Of a DNA stretch of 32,000 nt, positions 18,335-27,006 are shown piece by piece (position 1 is the first letter of the stretch; the number at the start of each line of letters is the position of its first letter). The DNA is from Escherichia coli (GTDB taxonomy: Bacteria; Pseudomonadota; Gammaproteobacteria; Enterobacterales; Enterobacteriaceae): assembly GCF_031663095.1 (NCBI RefSeq), contig NZ_CP134366.1, one strand, 5' to 3'. A model generated the notes under the pieces. It saw only the letters and a list, made by a program, of their open reading frames with translations, did not search any database and was not told where the DNA came from. The position numbers were made by a program, and so were the translations under genes.

Positions 18335-19486
18335 TTATGAGCGAATTCCTTGAACAATAGCACTATCAGTATCAATAATGGTTTGTATTATTTGCTGTAA
18401 TAAATTGAGTGCCTGATCTCTTCCTTGAACATCACGATTAATTTGATCCAGATAGCTACTCATAACTGAATGCATGACATTTTTAGCCTGTTCAACAATG
18501 TCTTTTTCTGCATGAGTAGTACTTTCTAGAATTCTAAGTGATGCTTGAGTTGATTGATTAACAAGCTGTGAAAGTACATCTGCTTTACCTATAGTAAAAT
18601 ATTTATTATATTTCCTGTTATGTTTTATACTAATACGCTCGTTTTTATCTCTAATTTTTTCTTCCGTAGTTTCTTTTTCTTTATCGTAATATTTCAGGGT
18701 CTCTTCTTTTTGTTCTTCATCAAGTGTTGTATCTTTCGTTGTTGTTTTTATTTCTTCATCTATTTGCTTGAGATAAGCTTGTTGATCTTGAACTTCCCTT
18801 TTTAATCCTCGCTGTGTTTTATCATCAGTTCCACTGATAGTGTGCTTCTGATCAGGTGTAAGGGTTTGCATCTTTTCGGGATGGCTTCTGAAATTTGCTA
18901 CAACAGATGCTGCAGCTCCAGCTGCGCCAACTGTTGACCCGGCAAGAACACCTGCCGAACTTGCCATTGTGGCGTGTACGGTTTCTGTTTTCTGATACTG
19001 GACAAGTTGTTCAAAAACGTTGCTCATAATAGCCTCAGACATAGCAGAGGCTTTATACATTGATGTGAATACCCTTAAAAATTCCTCCATAACAGCCTGT
19101 TGTCGCATGGTCAAATTATCTAGCATATCAAGGATATTATATTTAGATATTTTAATAGAACTCTGTTCTGCAGAACTGCTTGATTGACTGAATGAAATTG
19201 TAGCTTGGTCAAGGTCACCCCTCAAATTATCTAGCGTATTCCTTGAGTAATTAAGATTATCCAAAAGTTTTACTCTTAGTTCCGGACAGACTTCTCTGTC
19301 TGTATTTTTTAATATTATAAACTGAGAGCTTATGTCATGCTTAATATCTTTAAGGTTATAGTATTGCACAATTTTATTATCATTTGGTATGTTGTTTTCT
19401 TTACCATAATCTCTATCAAAGATTGTTTTATCGAGATTGTTAATATTATGTATGCTGGTCGCATTTTTAATTTCATAGGTGGCCAT
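18335..19486 (-). CDS. eipC: Type III translocator, SipC/IpaC-like
   Basis: 383-aa ORF with coiled-coil regions and a small-residue hydrophobic stretch (ATMASSAGVLAGSTVGAAGAAASVVANF); lies between SipB-like and SipD-like genes. Confidence 0.8.
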   Translation of the reverse strand: MATYEIKNATSIHNINNLDKTIFDRDYGKENNIPNDNKIVQYYNLKDIKHDISSQFIILKNTDREVCPELRVKLLDNLNYSRNTLDNLRGDLDQATISFSQSSSSAEQSSIKISKYNILDMLDNLTMRQQAVMEEFLRVFTSMYKASAMSEAIMSNVFEQLVQYQKTETVHATMASSAGVLAGSTVGAAGAAASVVANFRSHPEKMQTLTPDQKHTISGTDDKTQRGLKREVQDQQAYLKQIDEEIKTTTKDTTLDEEQKEETLKYYDKEKETTEEKIRDKNERISIKHNRKYNKYFTIGKADVLSQLVNQSTQASLRILESTTHAEKDIVEQAKNVMHSVMSSYLDQINRDVQGRDQALNLLQQIIQTIIDTDSAIVQGIRS

Positions 19487-19498
19487 GTTAAAACCCTC

Positions 19499-21280
19499 TT
19501 ATACGATAGAATGGGAAGCAAATTTTAAGGCTTCAGTTCGGTGTTGTAATACTCTTACCATCTGGCTTACCTCTTGTTCGACGGTTTTATCCACCCTTTG
19601 CAATACTGAAAGCATTTGTTCACGCGTTTTTGATAGATTACTCATGTCCTGTTGTAAAATTGCCATGTCGGCAGAGTTTCCAGCAACAAAACAATTCATC
19701 GTCGATGTTGCTATTGCACAGATGAGTAAGCCTATTTTCTCCAGGCCATTACTTATTTTGGCAATCAACTTCAACACTACGGCTGATGTTTGTAGCACGC
19801 TGCATACGCTGTCTAATACCTTTATAATATTTTTTGAAACTGAATTAATAATGGATTCAATGGTTGATTTTATAGTGCTTGTTATTTCTTTGGTGACTTC
19901 TTCGGCGGCTGTTTTTGATAATGCAGAAACAACGGCCCCTATTGCTACAGAACATATTACAGCTGCACCAATCATTACTGTCGCCATGACAATAGAAGCG
20001 GCTGCACTTGCGTAAATACTTTTAACCAGTTCAATCGTATCTTGATCGACACCAATAACGTCCAGAAGCGCGGTGATTGCGAGCAGAGTGGGATCAACTG
20101 TTTTAATCGCAGCCGAAAGACCTTCAACAACTTTCCCTAAAATCCAGCCGGTAGCCGTGGTGCCCAGAGCGATTTGACAAGTGATATCTACACCTAATAC
20201 TACTGCGCCCGCTATTCCTCCAATAAGTGCCAATGCACCCGCAATACTTGAACCACCACTTGGAACTGCAGCAAGAAGACCAACAACAATTAAGACTGCG
20301 CTTACGGCAAAGGTAACTACAGTTACACACTCATTAACGATTTTTAAAACTTTAGTCGTGGTAGTATATTTACGTGCTGTTTCATTGAGTTTATTTTCCC
20401 TGACATGGTTAATCTCTTTCATTACCTCAGATTGATTTTTAATAGAGTCGCAATTGGTATCACCAATAACTTCCATTACTGAAGTAATCAAAAGGATAAA
20501 TGTGGCTGTCGCGTTTCTATTTTTCTGGTTTTCCTGTGTCAGGCAAATATTGGTGGTGAAGTTATTAATCTGTTCTTGCTGTTGAATTTCGTCAAAAATT
20601 TCCATACTTTGGCCGATCGCAGCATCAGCATCCATAATGGCTGTATTTAACGATTTCTCAGCTAACGATTTTTTTTGTAATGACAGCGTGAGTGTTTTTT
20701 CAGCCGCATTTTTTTGCGTCAGTACTTTATTATATTGCGGATCGCCAGGTTGCAGTTGCGACAGCTCTTGATTCAATGTGTTGACTTTTTTCTCCAGCGA
20801 TTGCACCTTTTTATCGACCGCATTGTAATTATTATTGGCCTGATGCATGATATCGTCGGCTTTTTGCGCATCATCTAATGACGAGGAATAAGCGTCACTT
20901 AATTCACGAAACTTATTATGTGCCATTTCGTGTCGAAGCAGGGTGCTGTCAAGGTTATTATGCAATCGTTTTGTAATATCCTGATCGGCAATGCCTGTTA
21001 AATTACCCAAAATCATTGTCAGGCGGGCATCATTCGTCTTTGCTGTAGTGGCGTTGTCTGAATCTGAAACCTGTATTTCAGGCGGAGCAAGCATCGGTTT
21101 GTTTTCAAGACGAGCGCGAATATCGTTATCAAGGGATTTCGGGTTTTTATTAAGCCGCATGGGATCAACTTGCGTTTTGCTGCTGTCCTGCAGTCTTTTT
21201 TCCGCATCGCTATACTGTGTACGCAATGTTTCACTGATTTGTTCAAACGTGATCGTTTGTCCCGTAATCGGTGCCGACAT
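19499..21280 (-). CDS. eipB: Type III translocator, SipB/IpaB-like
   Basis: 593-aa ORF; N-terminal coiled coil and transmembrane regions (VVTVAFAVSAVLIVVGLLAAVPSGGSSIAGALALIGGIAGAVVLGVDITCQIALG; AAASIVMATVMIGAAVICSVAIGAVVSAL); strong RBS AAGGAGGTGAATT-ATG. Confidence 0.88.
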   Translation of the reverse strand: MSAPITGQTITFEQISETLRTQYSDAEKRLQDSSKTQVDPMRLNKNPKSLDNDIRARLENKPMLAPPEIQVSDSDNATTAKTNDARLTMILGNLTGIADQDITKRLHNNLDSTLLRHEMAHNKFRELSDAYSSSLDDAQKADDIMHQANNNYNAVDKKVQSLEKKVNTLNQELSQLQPGDPQYNKVLTQKNAAEKTLTLSLQKKSLAEKSLNTAIMDADAAIGQSMEIFDEIQQQEQINNFTTNICLTQENQKNRNATATFILLITSVMEVIGDTNCDSIKNQSEVMKEINHVRENKLNETARKYTTTTKVLKIVNECVTVVTFAVSAVLIVVGLLAAVPSGGSSIAGALALIGGIAGAVVLGVDITCQIALGTTATGWILGKVVEGLSAAIKTVDPTLLAITALLDVIGVDQDTIELVKSIYASAAASIVMATVMIGAAVICSVAIGAVVSALSKTAAEEVTKEITSTIKSTIESIINSVSKNIIKVLDSVCSVLQTSAVVLKLIAKISNGLEKIGLLICAIATSTMNCFVAGNSADMAILQQDMSNLSKTREQMLSVLQRVDKTVEQEVSQMVRVLQHRTEALKFASHSIV

Positions 21281-21429
21281 AATTCACCTCCTTTTTAAGC
21301 TATCATCGGGTGTAATTAATTCTTTTTTATTTAACTCATGGCAGATGTTTATTCCCATCTAAAATGGCATCAACGGGAAAGTAAGTAATGTGTTTATTGT
21401 TATTCTTCTCATTTATTTTATCGCCATGG

Positions 21430-21519
21430 TTATTTTTTTAAATCAACTGTGCCTTCCTCATGATATTTCCTGGCTAACTCTTCAGACGTAAAAGAAGCGT
21501 TTTTTCCGTTTATGTTCAT
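21430..21519 (-). CDS. Short ORF (29 aa) between eicA and eipB; extends to 60 aa (to 21336) if the A7 tract is read as A6
   Basis: ATG 9 nt after the eicA stop; MNINGKNASFTSEELARKYHEEGTVDLKK-stop; one-nt loss in AAAAAAA gives ...VDLKNNHGDKINEKNNNKHITYFPVDAILDGNKHLP-stop. Confidence 0.4.
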   Translation of the reverse strand: MNINGKNASFTSEELARKYHEEGTVDLKK

Positions 21520-21528
21520 TTTGCCGAC

Positions 21529-22026
21529 TCACTCTGTTCGAACTTCCTCTTCGGTATTGGCTGTCAAAAGTTCAAGATAAGCAGTAGCCATCTCTTTAAT
21601 TTTTTCATTTTGACTATAGGTTACGACAGTATTAAATAACTCAGTGGCCATTTTAATGTTTTTTAAGCCCATCTGGCATTGACCCATATAATAAACCAAA
21701 GAGAAATCGTTATCGGGAGATAGCATTAAACAGATATGATACATGTCGAATGCCTTTTGATAATCTTTCTTCAATTGACAGACGGCGGCATATCCTTTTA
21801 GATAGTTATAATTTTGGAAATCATAAATACAGAGAAATTTAAAAAAGAGTTCAGCTTCGTCAAGTCTTCCTTTTTCATAAAAGTTATAAGCGTAAGCATA
21901 AACGCCTTCAAGGGTATCCGGGGTTATGCCATGCAGCTCTGCAAGCGTTGCTCCCATACCTAATGCACGTTCGAACTTACTGGCAATTTCTTTATTTTCT
22001 TCTAAATCCAGATTTGCGCTTTCCAT
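21529..22026 (-). CDS. eicA: Type III translocator chaperone, SicA/IpgC/LcrH family
   Basis: 165-aa TPR protein: GATLAELHGITPDTLEGVYAYAYNFYEKGRLDEAELFFKFLCIYDFQNYNYLKGYAAVCQLKKDYQKAFDMYHICLMLSPDNDFSLVYYMGQCQMGLKNIKMATELF. Confidence 0.93.
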   Translation of the reverse strand: MESANLDLEENKEIASKFERALGMGATLAELHGITPDTLEGVYAYAYNFYEKGRLDEAELFFKFLCIYDFQNYNYLKGYAAVCQLKKDYQKAFDMYHICLMLSPDNDFSLVYYMGQCQMGLKNIKMATELFNTVVTYSQNEKIKEMATAYLELLTANTEEEVRTE

Positions 22027-22327
22027 CTCTACTCTCTCCTTTCGAACATTCTTTGTTCAGACTTCACCATTTTTTAGAGGGTGGTGATATCAAAATTCGC
22101 TCATTTTTATGCCCATCCGTTGGGCTTCGTTTTCTGCATTAAAAACAAGTATTGTTTCAATGAGATAAGATTTTCTATGTGATGAAATGAAAATAATGTA
22201 GAGGGAAATTTATCCACAATCCTGATGAACGGGTTCAATTTTGATTGGAATTTGAAAAAGCAGGTGATTTACTGATGTGCGAGCTTAAGTCAGCGGCTGC
22301 TGGCCTGAGCGCGGAGGTGTGCGAAAT

Positions 22328-22621
22328 TCACATATCCGGGCATTCCACCTTACCCAGCGCTTCCCAGTAGTTATTCTGATTATTACGCTCCATCGCCACA
22401 ATAGCTTCGCGGATATGTTGTTTGTTACTCTCATCAGACAACATTAATTTTTCCCACGCTTCGTCTGATAATGACGCCTGTGGCGTGCAAATTTTACGTA
22501 AATCTTGCAATACCGTGGTTTTCTCTTTTGCCGACTGTAGCGAGCTGAATGGCGACTCGGCCTGAGAAATGGCTGGAAAAGTCAGGAATACGGTAATCAT
22601 GAGTAGCATCGTTGGCTTCAT
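22328..22621 (-). CDS. yicS: YicS family periplasmic protein
   Basis: MKPTMLLMITVFLTFPAISQAESPFSSLQSAKEKTTVLQDLRKICTPQASL... (97 aa) with signal peptide; upstream extension in the ORF track judged non-native. Confidence 0.9.
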   Translation of the reverse strand: MKPTMLLMITVFLTFPAISQAESPFSSLQSAKEKTTVLQDLRKICTPQASLSDEAWEKLMLSDESNKQHIREAIVAMERNNQNNYWEALGKVECPDM

Positions 22622-22829
22622 AGCGGCAACCTTCTGCAAATGTGCATCGAATGAAGCATAAGTGTAGTTTGCTTTTACCGCTCTCATCATGCTGTACGAA
22701 AGGTGTTTGCGTGGTCAGTAAGAAGTGCCAGTTTTTTATACCTTTTTCTTCTATTCGATAGCTTTTCGTTTTTTAAATCGTAGTGTTCTTGCCATTATAG
22801 TCAGTTAATGATTAAAAAAAGGATAAAAA

Positions 22830-23648
22830 ATGAAACTGACAACACATCATCTACGGGCGGGGGCCGCATTATTGCTGGCAGGAATTCTGCTGGCAGGTTG
22901 CGACCAGAGTAGCAGCGATGCAAAACACATTAAAGTTGGCGTTATAAATGGCGCAGAACAAGATGTCGCGGAAGTCGCTAAAAAGGTGGCAAAAGAGAAA
23001 TATGGCCTCGATGTTGAACTGGTAGGATTTAGCGGTTCGTTGCTACCGAACGATGCGACAAATCATGGCGAGCTTGATGCGAATGTCTTCCAGCATCGGC
23101 CCTTTCTTGAACAAGATAATCAGGCGCATGGTTATAAACTGGTAGCGGTGGGAAATACGTTTGTCTTCCCTATGGCGGGTTATTCCAAAAAAATCAAAAC
23201 CGTGGCGCAAATAAAAGAAGGCGCGACAGTGGCGATCCCCAACGACCCGACCAACCTTGGTCGCGCGCTTTTACTGTTGCAAAAAGAGAAGCTAATTATT
23301 CTGAAAGAGGGAAAAGGGTTATTACCTACCGCGCTGGATATAACCGATAATCCTCGTCATTTGCAGATTATGGAACTCGAGGGGGCGCAGCTCCCGCGCG
23401 TACTGGATGATCCCAAAGTTGATGTGGCGATTATCAGCACCACTTACATTCAGCAGACCGGACTTTCTCCGGTGCACGACAGCGTATTTATTGAAGATAA
23501 AAATTCGCCGTATGTGAACATTCTGGTAGCACGGGAAGATAATAAGAATGCAGAAAACGTGAAGGAATTTCTGCAATCTTATCAATCATCCGAAGTCGCT
23601 AAAGCGGCAGAAACCATCTTTAACGGTGGCGCGGTGCCTGGCTGGTAA
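22830..23648 (+). CDS. nlpA: Lipoprotein-28, NlpA family (MetQ-like substrate-binding lipoprotein)
   Basis: MKLTTHHLRAGAALLLAGILLAGCDQSSSDAKHIKVGVINGAEQDVAEVAKKVAKEKYGLDVELVGFSGSLLPNDATNHGELDANVFQHRPFLEQDN...; lipobox LLAGC. Confidence 0.95.
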   Translation: MKLTTHHLRAGAALLLAGILLAGCDQSSSDAKHIKVGVINGAEQDVAEVAKKVAKEKYGLDVELVGFSGSLLPNDATNHGELDANVFQHRPFLEQDNQAHGYKLVAVGNTFVFPMAGYSKKIKTVAQIKEGATVAIPNDPTNLGRALLLLQKEKLIILKEGKGLLPTALDITDNPRHLQIMELEGAQLPRVLDDPKVDVAIISTTYIQQTGLSPVHDSVFIEDKNSPYVNILVAREDNKNAENVKEFLQSYQSSEVAKAAETIFNGGAVPGW

Positions 23649-23651
23649 TTC

Positions 23652-24575
23652 TCACTCATCCCGCGCCGGACGATTTATTTTTCTGGCGCGGCGACGGGAA
23701 TCCACTGAAATCAAAATCACTGATGACAGAATCAGCAGCGTTCCCAGCCAGTCCGGTAATGTGAATGTGATCCCCAGTAACAGCAAAGAGAGCAGCGCGC
23801 TACTTAATGGTTCTGCACAGCTTAAAATGCTGGCTTTTGGACCGCCAATTAATTGTGCTCCTTTCAGGTACAGACTAAATGTCAGGGACGTACCAATGAC
23901 CACCAAATAAAAAAACGCCAGAATCAAACTGCCATTAACCACAAAATTTGTCCCTTGTCTGGCATAAAATGGCAGCAGGATCAGACCACCAATGAGCATA
24001 CTCCAGCCGACGACAGGCAACGTGCCATAGCGGGCAATCAGCGTTGAGGGATAGGTGGTATAGAATGCCGCAGCAAATGCCGAGGCAATTCCCCAGAATA
24101 ACGCGGCAGGAGAGATCGATAATGACGTCGGATTACCGTGTGTCACCAATAAAAAAGTCCCGACCAGCGATGTCAAAATAGCGCAAAAAACCAGAATGCC
24201 CGGGCGGGATTTACGCACCAGTGAGAACCAGGCGACGATAATCGTCGGTGAGAGGAATTGCAGCACCGTTGCCGTGGCTGCGTTCGATTTTTCGATGGTT
24301 AGCAAAAAAGTGAGCTGTACGGTTAGCGCGCCAACCACGGAAAAAATCAGCAGACTAATGGCATCTTTGTGATTGTTAATAATAGAAAAGATTTTATCGC
24401 CATGAACAAATGACAGCGTCAGCAGAATCAAACCGGCGAATATCAAACGCGTCATAGTCAAAAACTGCGACGACATCTGGCTTTGCTCCATGATGTATTG
24501 CGCGCAGACCCCTGAACTTCCCCACAACACGGCGGCAATCAGAACGTTCAGCATCCCCTTTCTGGTGGAACCCAT
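23652..24575 (-). CDS. yicL: EamA/DMT family transporter YicL
   Basis: 307-aa DMT protein [55 protein letters not shown]...; backbone position. Confidence 0.9.
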   Translation of the reverse strand: MGSTRKGMLNVLIAAVLWGSSGVCAQYIMEQSQMSSQFLTMTRLIFAGLILLTLSFVHGDKIFSIINNHKDAISLLIFSVVGALTVQLTFLLTIEKSNAATATVLQFLSPTIIVAWFSLVRKSRPGILVFCAILTSLVGTFLLVTHGNPTSLSISPAALFWGIASAFAAAFYTTYPSTLIARYGTLPVVGWSMLIGGLILLPFYARQGTNFVVNGSLILAFFYLVVIGTSLTFSLYLKGAQLIGGPKASILSCAEPLSSALLSLLLLGITFTLPDWLGTLLILSSVILISVDSRRRARKINRPARDE

Positions 24576-24685
24576 TTTTCCCTCTGCATACTGTTTTGTC
24601 GTTTATGTATGCAGGCATGATAGCAAAAATGGCGAGGATGGCTCTGTTTGCGCCACGCCGATTTTTCTTAGCCCAGACTGGTGAG

Positions 24686-25870
24686 CTAAATATCTTTAAT
24701 AAACAGCAGGCAAATCATCGCAATACCCAACATCCCTATCGCCAGCCAGAACAACGCGTGGTAGCTCCAGATTTCAACCATAATTCCGTCAACAGAGCCG
24801 GCGATAATCCAGCCGACGCGTGAGGTATTTGCATATAACGTTGTCGCAGAGCCTATTTTTTCAGGCATCAGATCCTGAAAATAAAGCATGCCGATACCAC
24901 AGAGAATACCAAGGAAAATGGCATTTAGAATTTGCAATTCCAGCTCAATTGCCGGAGTCGTCGCCATGAGTACGCTGGCGTAAAAACACATACCACTCAC
25001 GATAGCAATGAGCATTAATAGTCGCTTGCCAATACGTTTCATGTAATAGCCTGCGATTAACATCATCGGAATTTCCAGACCGGCAGCAATACCAATCATT
25101 TCTCCAGCCAGTTTATCGGTTAGATGCAGTTCATCAATAATAAATAGCGGCATATTTATCATGTAGAGATTATTCGCCGCCCACATCATTGAACAGACCA
25201 CAAAAAGTAGCCGTGTATCCCGCTTTCTATGGATGGAGGGTAAAATTTCTACGGGTTGGGTAACGACAGGAATATTTCTTTGTATTGATGGCAAAAACAA
25301 CCAGACTATCAGCCCGCAAACAACAAATGCGATGGCTGCGGTGAGATACATCACTTTAAAACTAAATCCCATTGCCAGCTCATAAGCGAGCGGTGGCCCG
25401 ATAACCCAGGCAAGCGAGATCTGAGCACGTAAAAATGTACTGAACATGACCGTCTCACGGCCTGTTCTGTCGGCGTGTTCACGGGCGAGGGCGAACATTT
25501 GCGGGTTTGCAGTGGAAGCAAAACTACTCAGAAGTACGCCCGTAGAGAGGAGAATGAAGTAGTTGCGATTCCACGCAAAAAGAGTGCAGGCCAACACTCC
25601 AAATAAGCAACATAGCAGGATCAGTAATTTACGGTCGCCTTGTTTATCGGAGTGCCTTGCCAGAAATTGACTGACCAGAATTCCCATAATAGCGCTACCG
25701 GTGAAGAAAAAACCTACCATTATAGGACGGGCTTTCAGTTCATCTGCGAGGAATATACTTAGGGTGGGAGTCTGGAGAGCGCCCGCAATACCCGTCAGAA
25801 AGGCGACAAGTAAAAATGCCGCGGCAGTGAGATCAAGTATTTTTGATGGAGTGGTAGCCGTTTTTTGCAT
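24686..25870 (-). CDS. setC: MFS sugar efflux transporter SetC
   Basis: 394-aa MFS protein with Set-family sequence (GFFFTGSAIMGILVSQFLARHSDKQGDRKLLILLCCLFGVLACTLFAWNRNYF...); backbone position next to selC. Confidence 0.9.
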   Translation of the reverse strand: MQKTATTPSKILDLTAAAFLLVAFLTGIAGALQTPTLSIFLADELKARPIMVGFFFTGSAIMGILVSQFLARHSDKQGDRKLLILLCCLFGVLACTLFAWNRNYFILLSTGVLLSSFASTANPQMFALAREHADRTGRETVMFSTFLRAQISLAWVIGPPLAYELAMGFSFKVMYLTAAIAFVVCGLIVWLFLPSIQRNIPVVTQPVEILPSIHRKRDTRLLFVVCSMMWAANNLYMINMPLFIIDELHLTDKLAGEMIGIAAGLEIPMMLIAGYYMKRIGKRLLMLIAIVSGMCFYASVLMATTPAIELELQILNAIFLGILCGIGMLYFQDLMPEKIGSATTLYANTSRVGWIIAGSVDGIMVEIWSYHALFWLAIGMLGIAMICLLFIKDI

Positions 25871-26279
25871 TCTTCTGAATCACCGGGCGACAAAATATAA
25901 CTGAGTTACAAATAAGTACCAGTCGAATGAGTATTGTATTAAGATTTTTTGAGTATCGCTGATACAACCAGAAAGCAATGCTAGCGCAATATTATAGGGC
26001 CAGCAATTGAGATTATTAGCAAAAGCATGTTAAGAGTTAATCACCGAATTTATATATTAATTATAGTAAGACAATGAGCTATTTTTGATAGTAAAAATAA
26101 AACAAATTTATTTGATATATTAAATGAACAAATTAATCTTGATGGCAGTCTGATTATTGGTGAAGTTTACAGGTCAGTTTTTTTCGCCAGCGGTTAAAGG
26201 AATAGAATCGTCGTATAAAAAAAGGGTGTTCTGGGGCGTGTAAAACAACATCTTCACCTTAATGGCGATACAGTTGGCT

Positions 26280-26445
26280 GAGAGTCAGCAGGGGGGCAAA
26301 TCACCTGCAAATAAACACGGCGCATGCTGGCGCGAATATCGCGGATGCGTTCGAGGACAGAAGAACCGACAGGCGGATTCTTCAGTCGCTCATCGTCCAT
26401 CACAAAACTTTTGATCAGGTATTCCTGAAGCCGATTGAATATTGA
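26280..26445 (-). pseudogene. RhuM-family remnant
   Basis: Minus-strand frame reads FNRLQEYLIKSFVMDDERLKNPPVGSSVLERIRDIRASMRRVYLQVICPPADSQ; resembles RhuM C-terminal motifs (RLxEYIIKGFVLDDERLKNPPVG ... LERIRDIRASERR) with an internal deletion and no intact 5' end. Confidence 0.6.
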
Positions 26446-26508
26446 GCAGTAGAAAATATCTGGATTGACAGTATTACAAGGGGTTGGAGAACGTCAGAAG
26501 AGGCAAAT

Positions 26509-26529
26509 TGGCGGAAGATCACAGGAGTC
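26509..26529. repeat. Attachment-site duplicate of the selC tRNA 3' end (att of the P4-like element)
   Basis: TGGCGGAAGATCACAGGAGTC is the exact reverse complement of the selC 3' terminus GACTCCTGTGATCTTCCGCCA; no other tRNA body is present around it. Confidence 0.88.
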
Positions 26530-26681
26530 AAAATTGCCATATAACCATTTGATTCAAATCGTTTATATTTTTCTATTATAATTCATTTATACACATCCTT
26601 ATACATATAATATCTATCGATTAATTTTTACACGTATCTTCACGCATGTTAACTCAGGAAAAAAATTTTTTTTCGAAAGAA

Positions 26682-26956
26682 CTGTTCACACTGTTCACCT
26701 TTCTGTTTTCTCCTTTTATTTCAGAGTGATAGGTGGTGAATAATGGGTGAAGGGTGAACATTCGATTCTTCACCTCCGGCATTCTGCCGGTGTGACTCAT
26801 ACCGGTGATTAATCCCCCGTACTGAAATCACACAGGGAGAAAAAAGTTTTTTTTTGATTTGATTGTTCACACTGTTCACCTTTCGTTTTTCTCTTTTAAT
26901 TTCAGTGTGATAACGGGTGAATATACGGTGAAGGGTGAACAGTGGATTGTTCACCT
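26682..26956. promoter_or_regulatory. crr-like cis replication region: clustered GGTGAACA/TGTTCACC octamers
   Basis: TGTTCACC at ~26692, 26873, 26949 and GGTGAACA at ~26753, 26934, plus TGTTCACA variants; located just downstream of the alpha gene as in P4. Confidence 0.75.
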
Positions 26957-26973
26957 TCGGGGGATGTCGGGAT

Positions 26974-26999
26974 AAAAAAAAGACCGGCAGATGCCGGTC
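26974..26999 (-). terminator. Intrinsic terminator downstream of the alpha gene
   Basis: Minus strand GACCGGC-ATCT-GCCGGTC followed by TTTTTTTT. Confidence 0.88.
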
Positions 27000-27006
27000 A
27001 GGTGGG

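Noticed and set aside
4443-22026. air-eilA-eip region considered as a previously undescribed secretion or defence system
   Set aside because: Gene content and order match the described enteroaggregative E. coli Air/EilA/Eip locus; only particular details are listed as findings.
22027-22327. AT-rich gap between eicA and yicS examined for a promoter or small RNA
   Set aside because: Probably contains the eicA operon promoter and possibly EilA/H-NS sites, but no box could be supported confidently from sequence alone.
26581-26650. Short AT-rich TATACACAT / TTATACATAT / TTACACGTAT motifs near the att site, considered as arm-type integrase sites
   Set aside because: Suggestive but too degenerate to define by eye; needs comparison with known P4 integrase/Vis binding sites.
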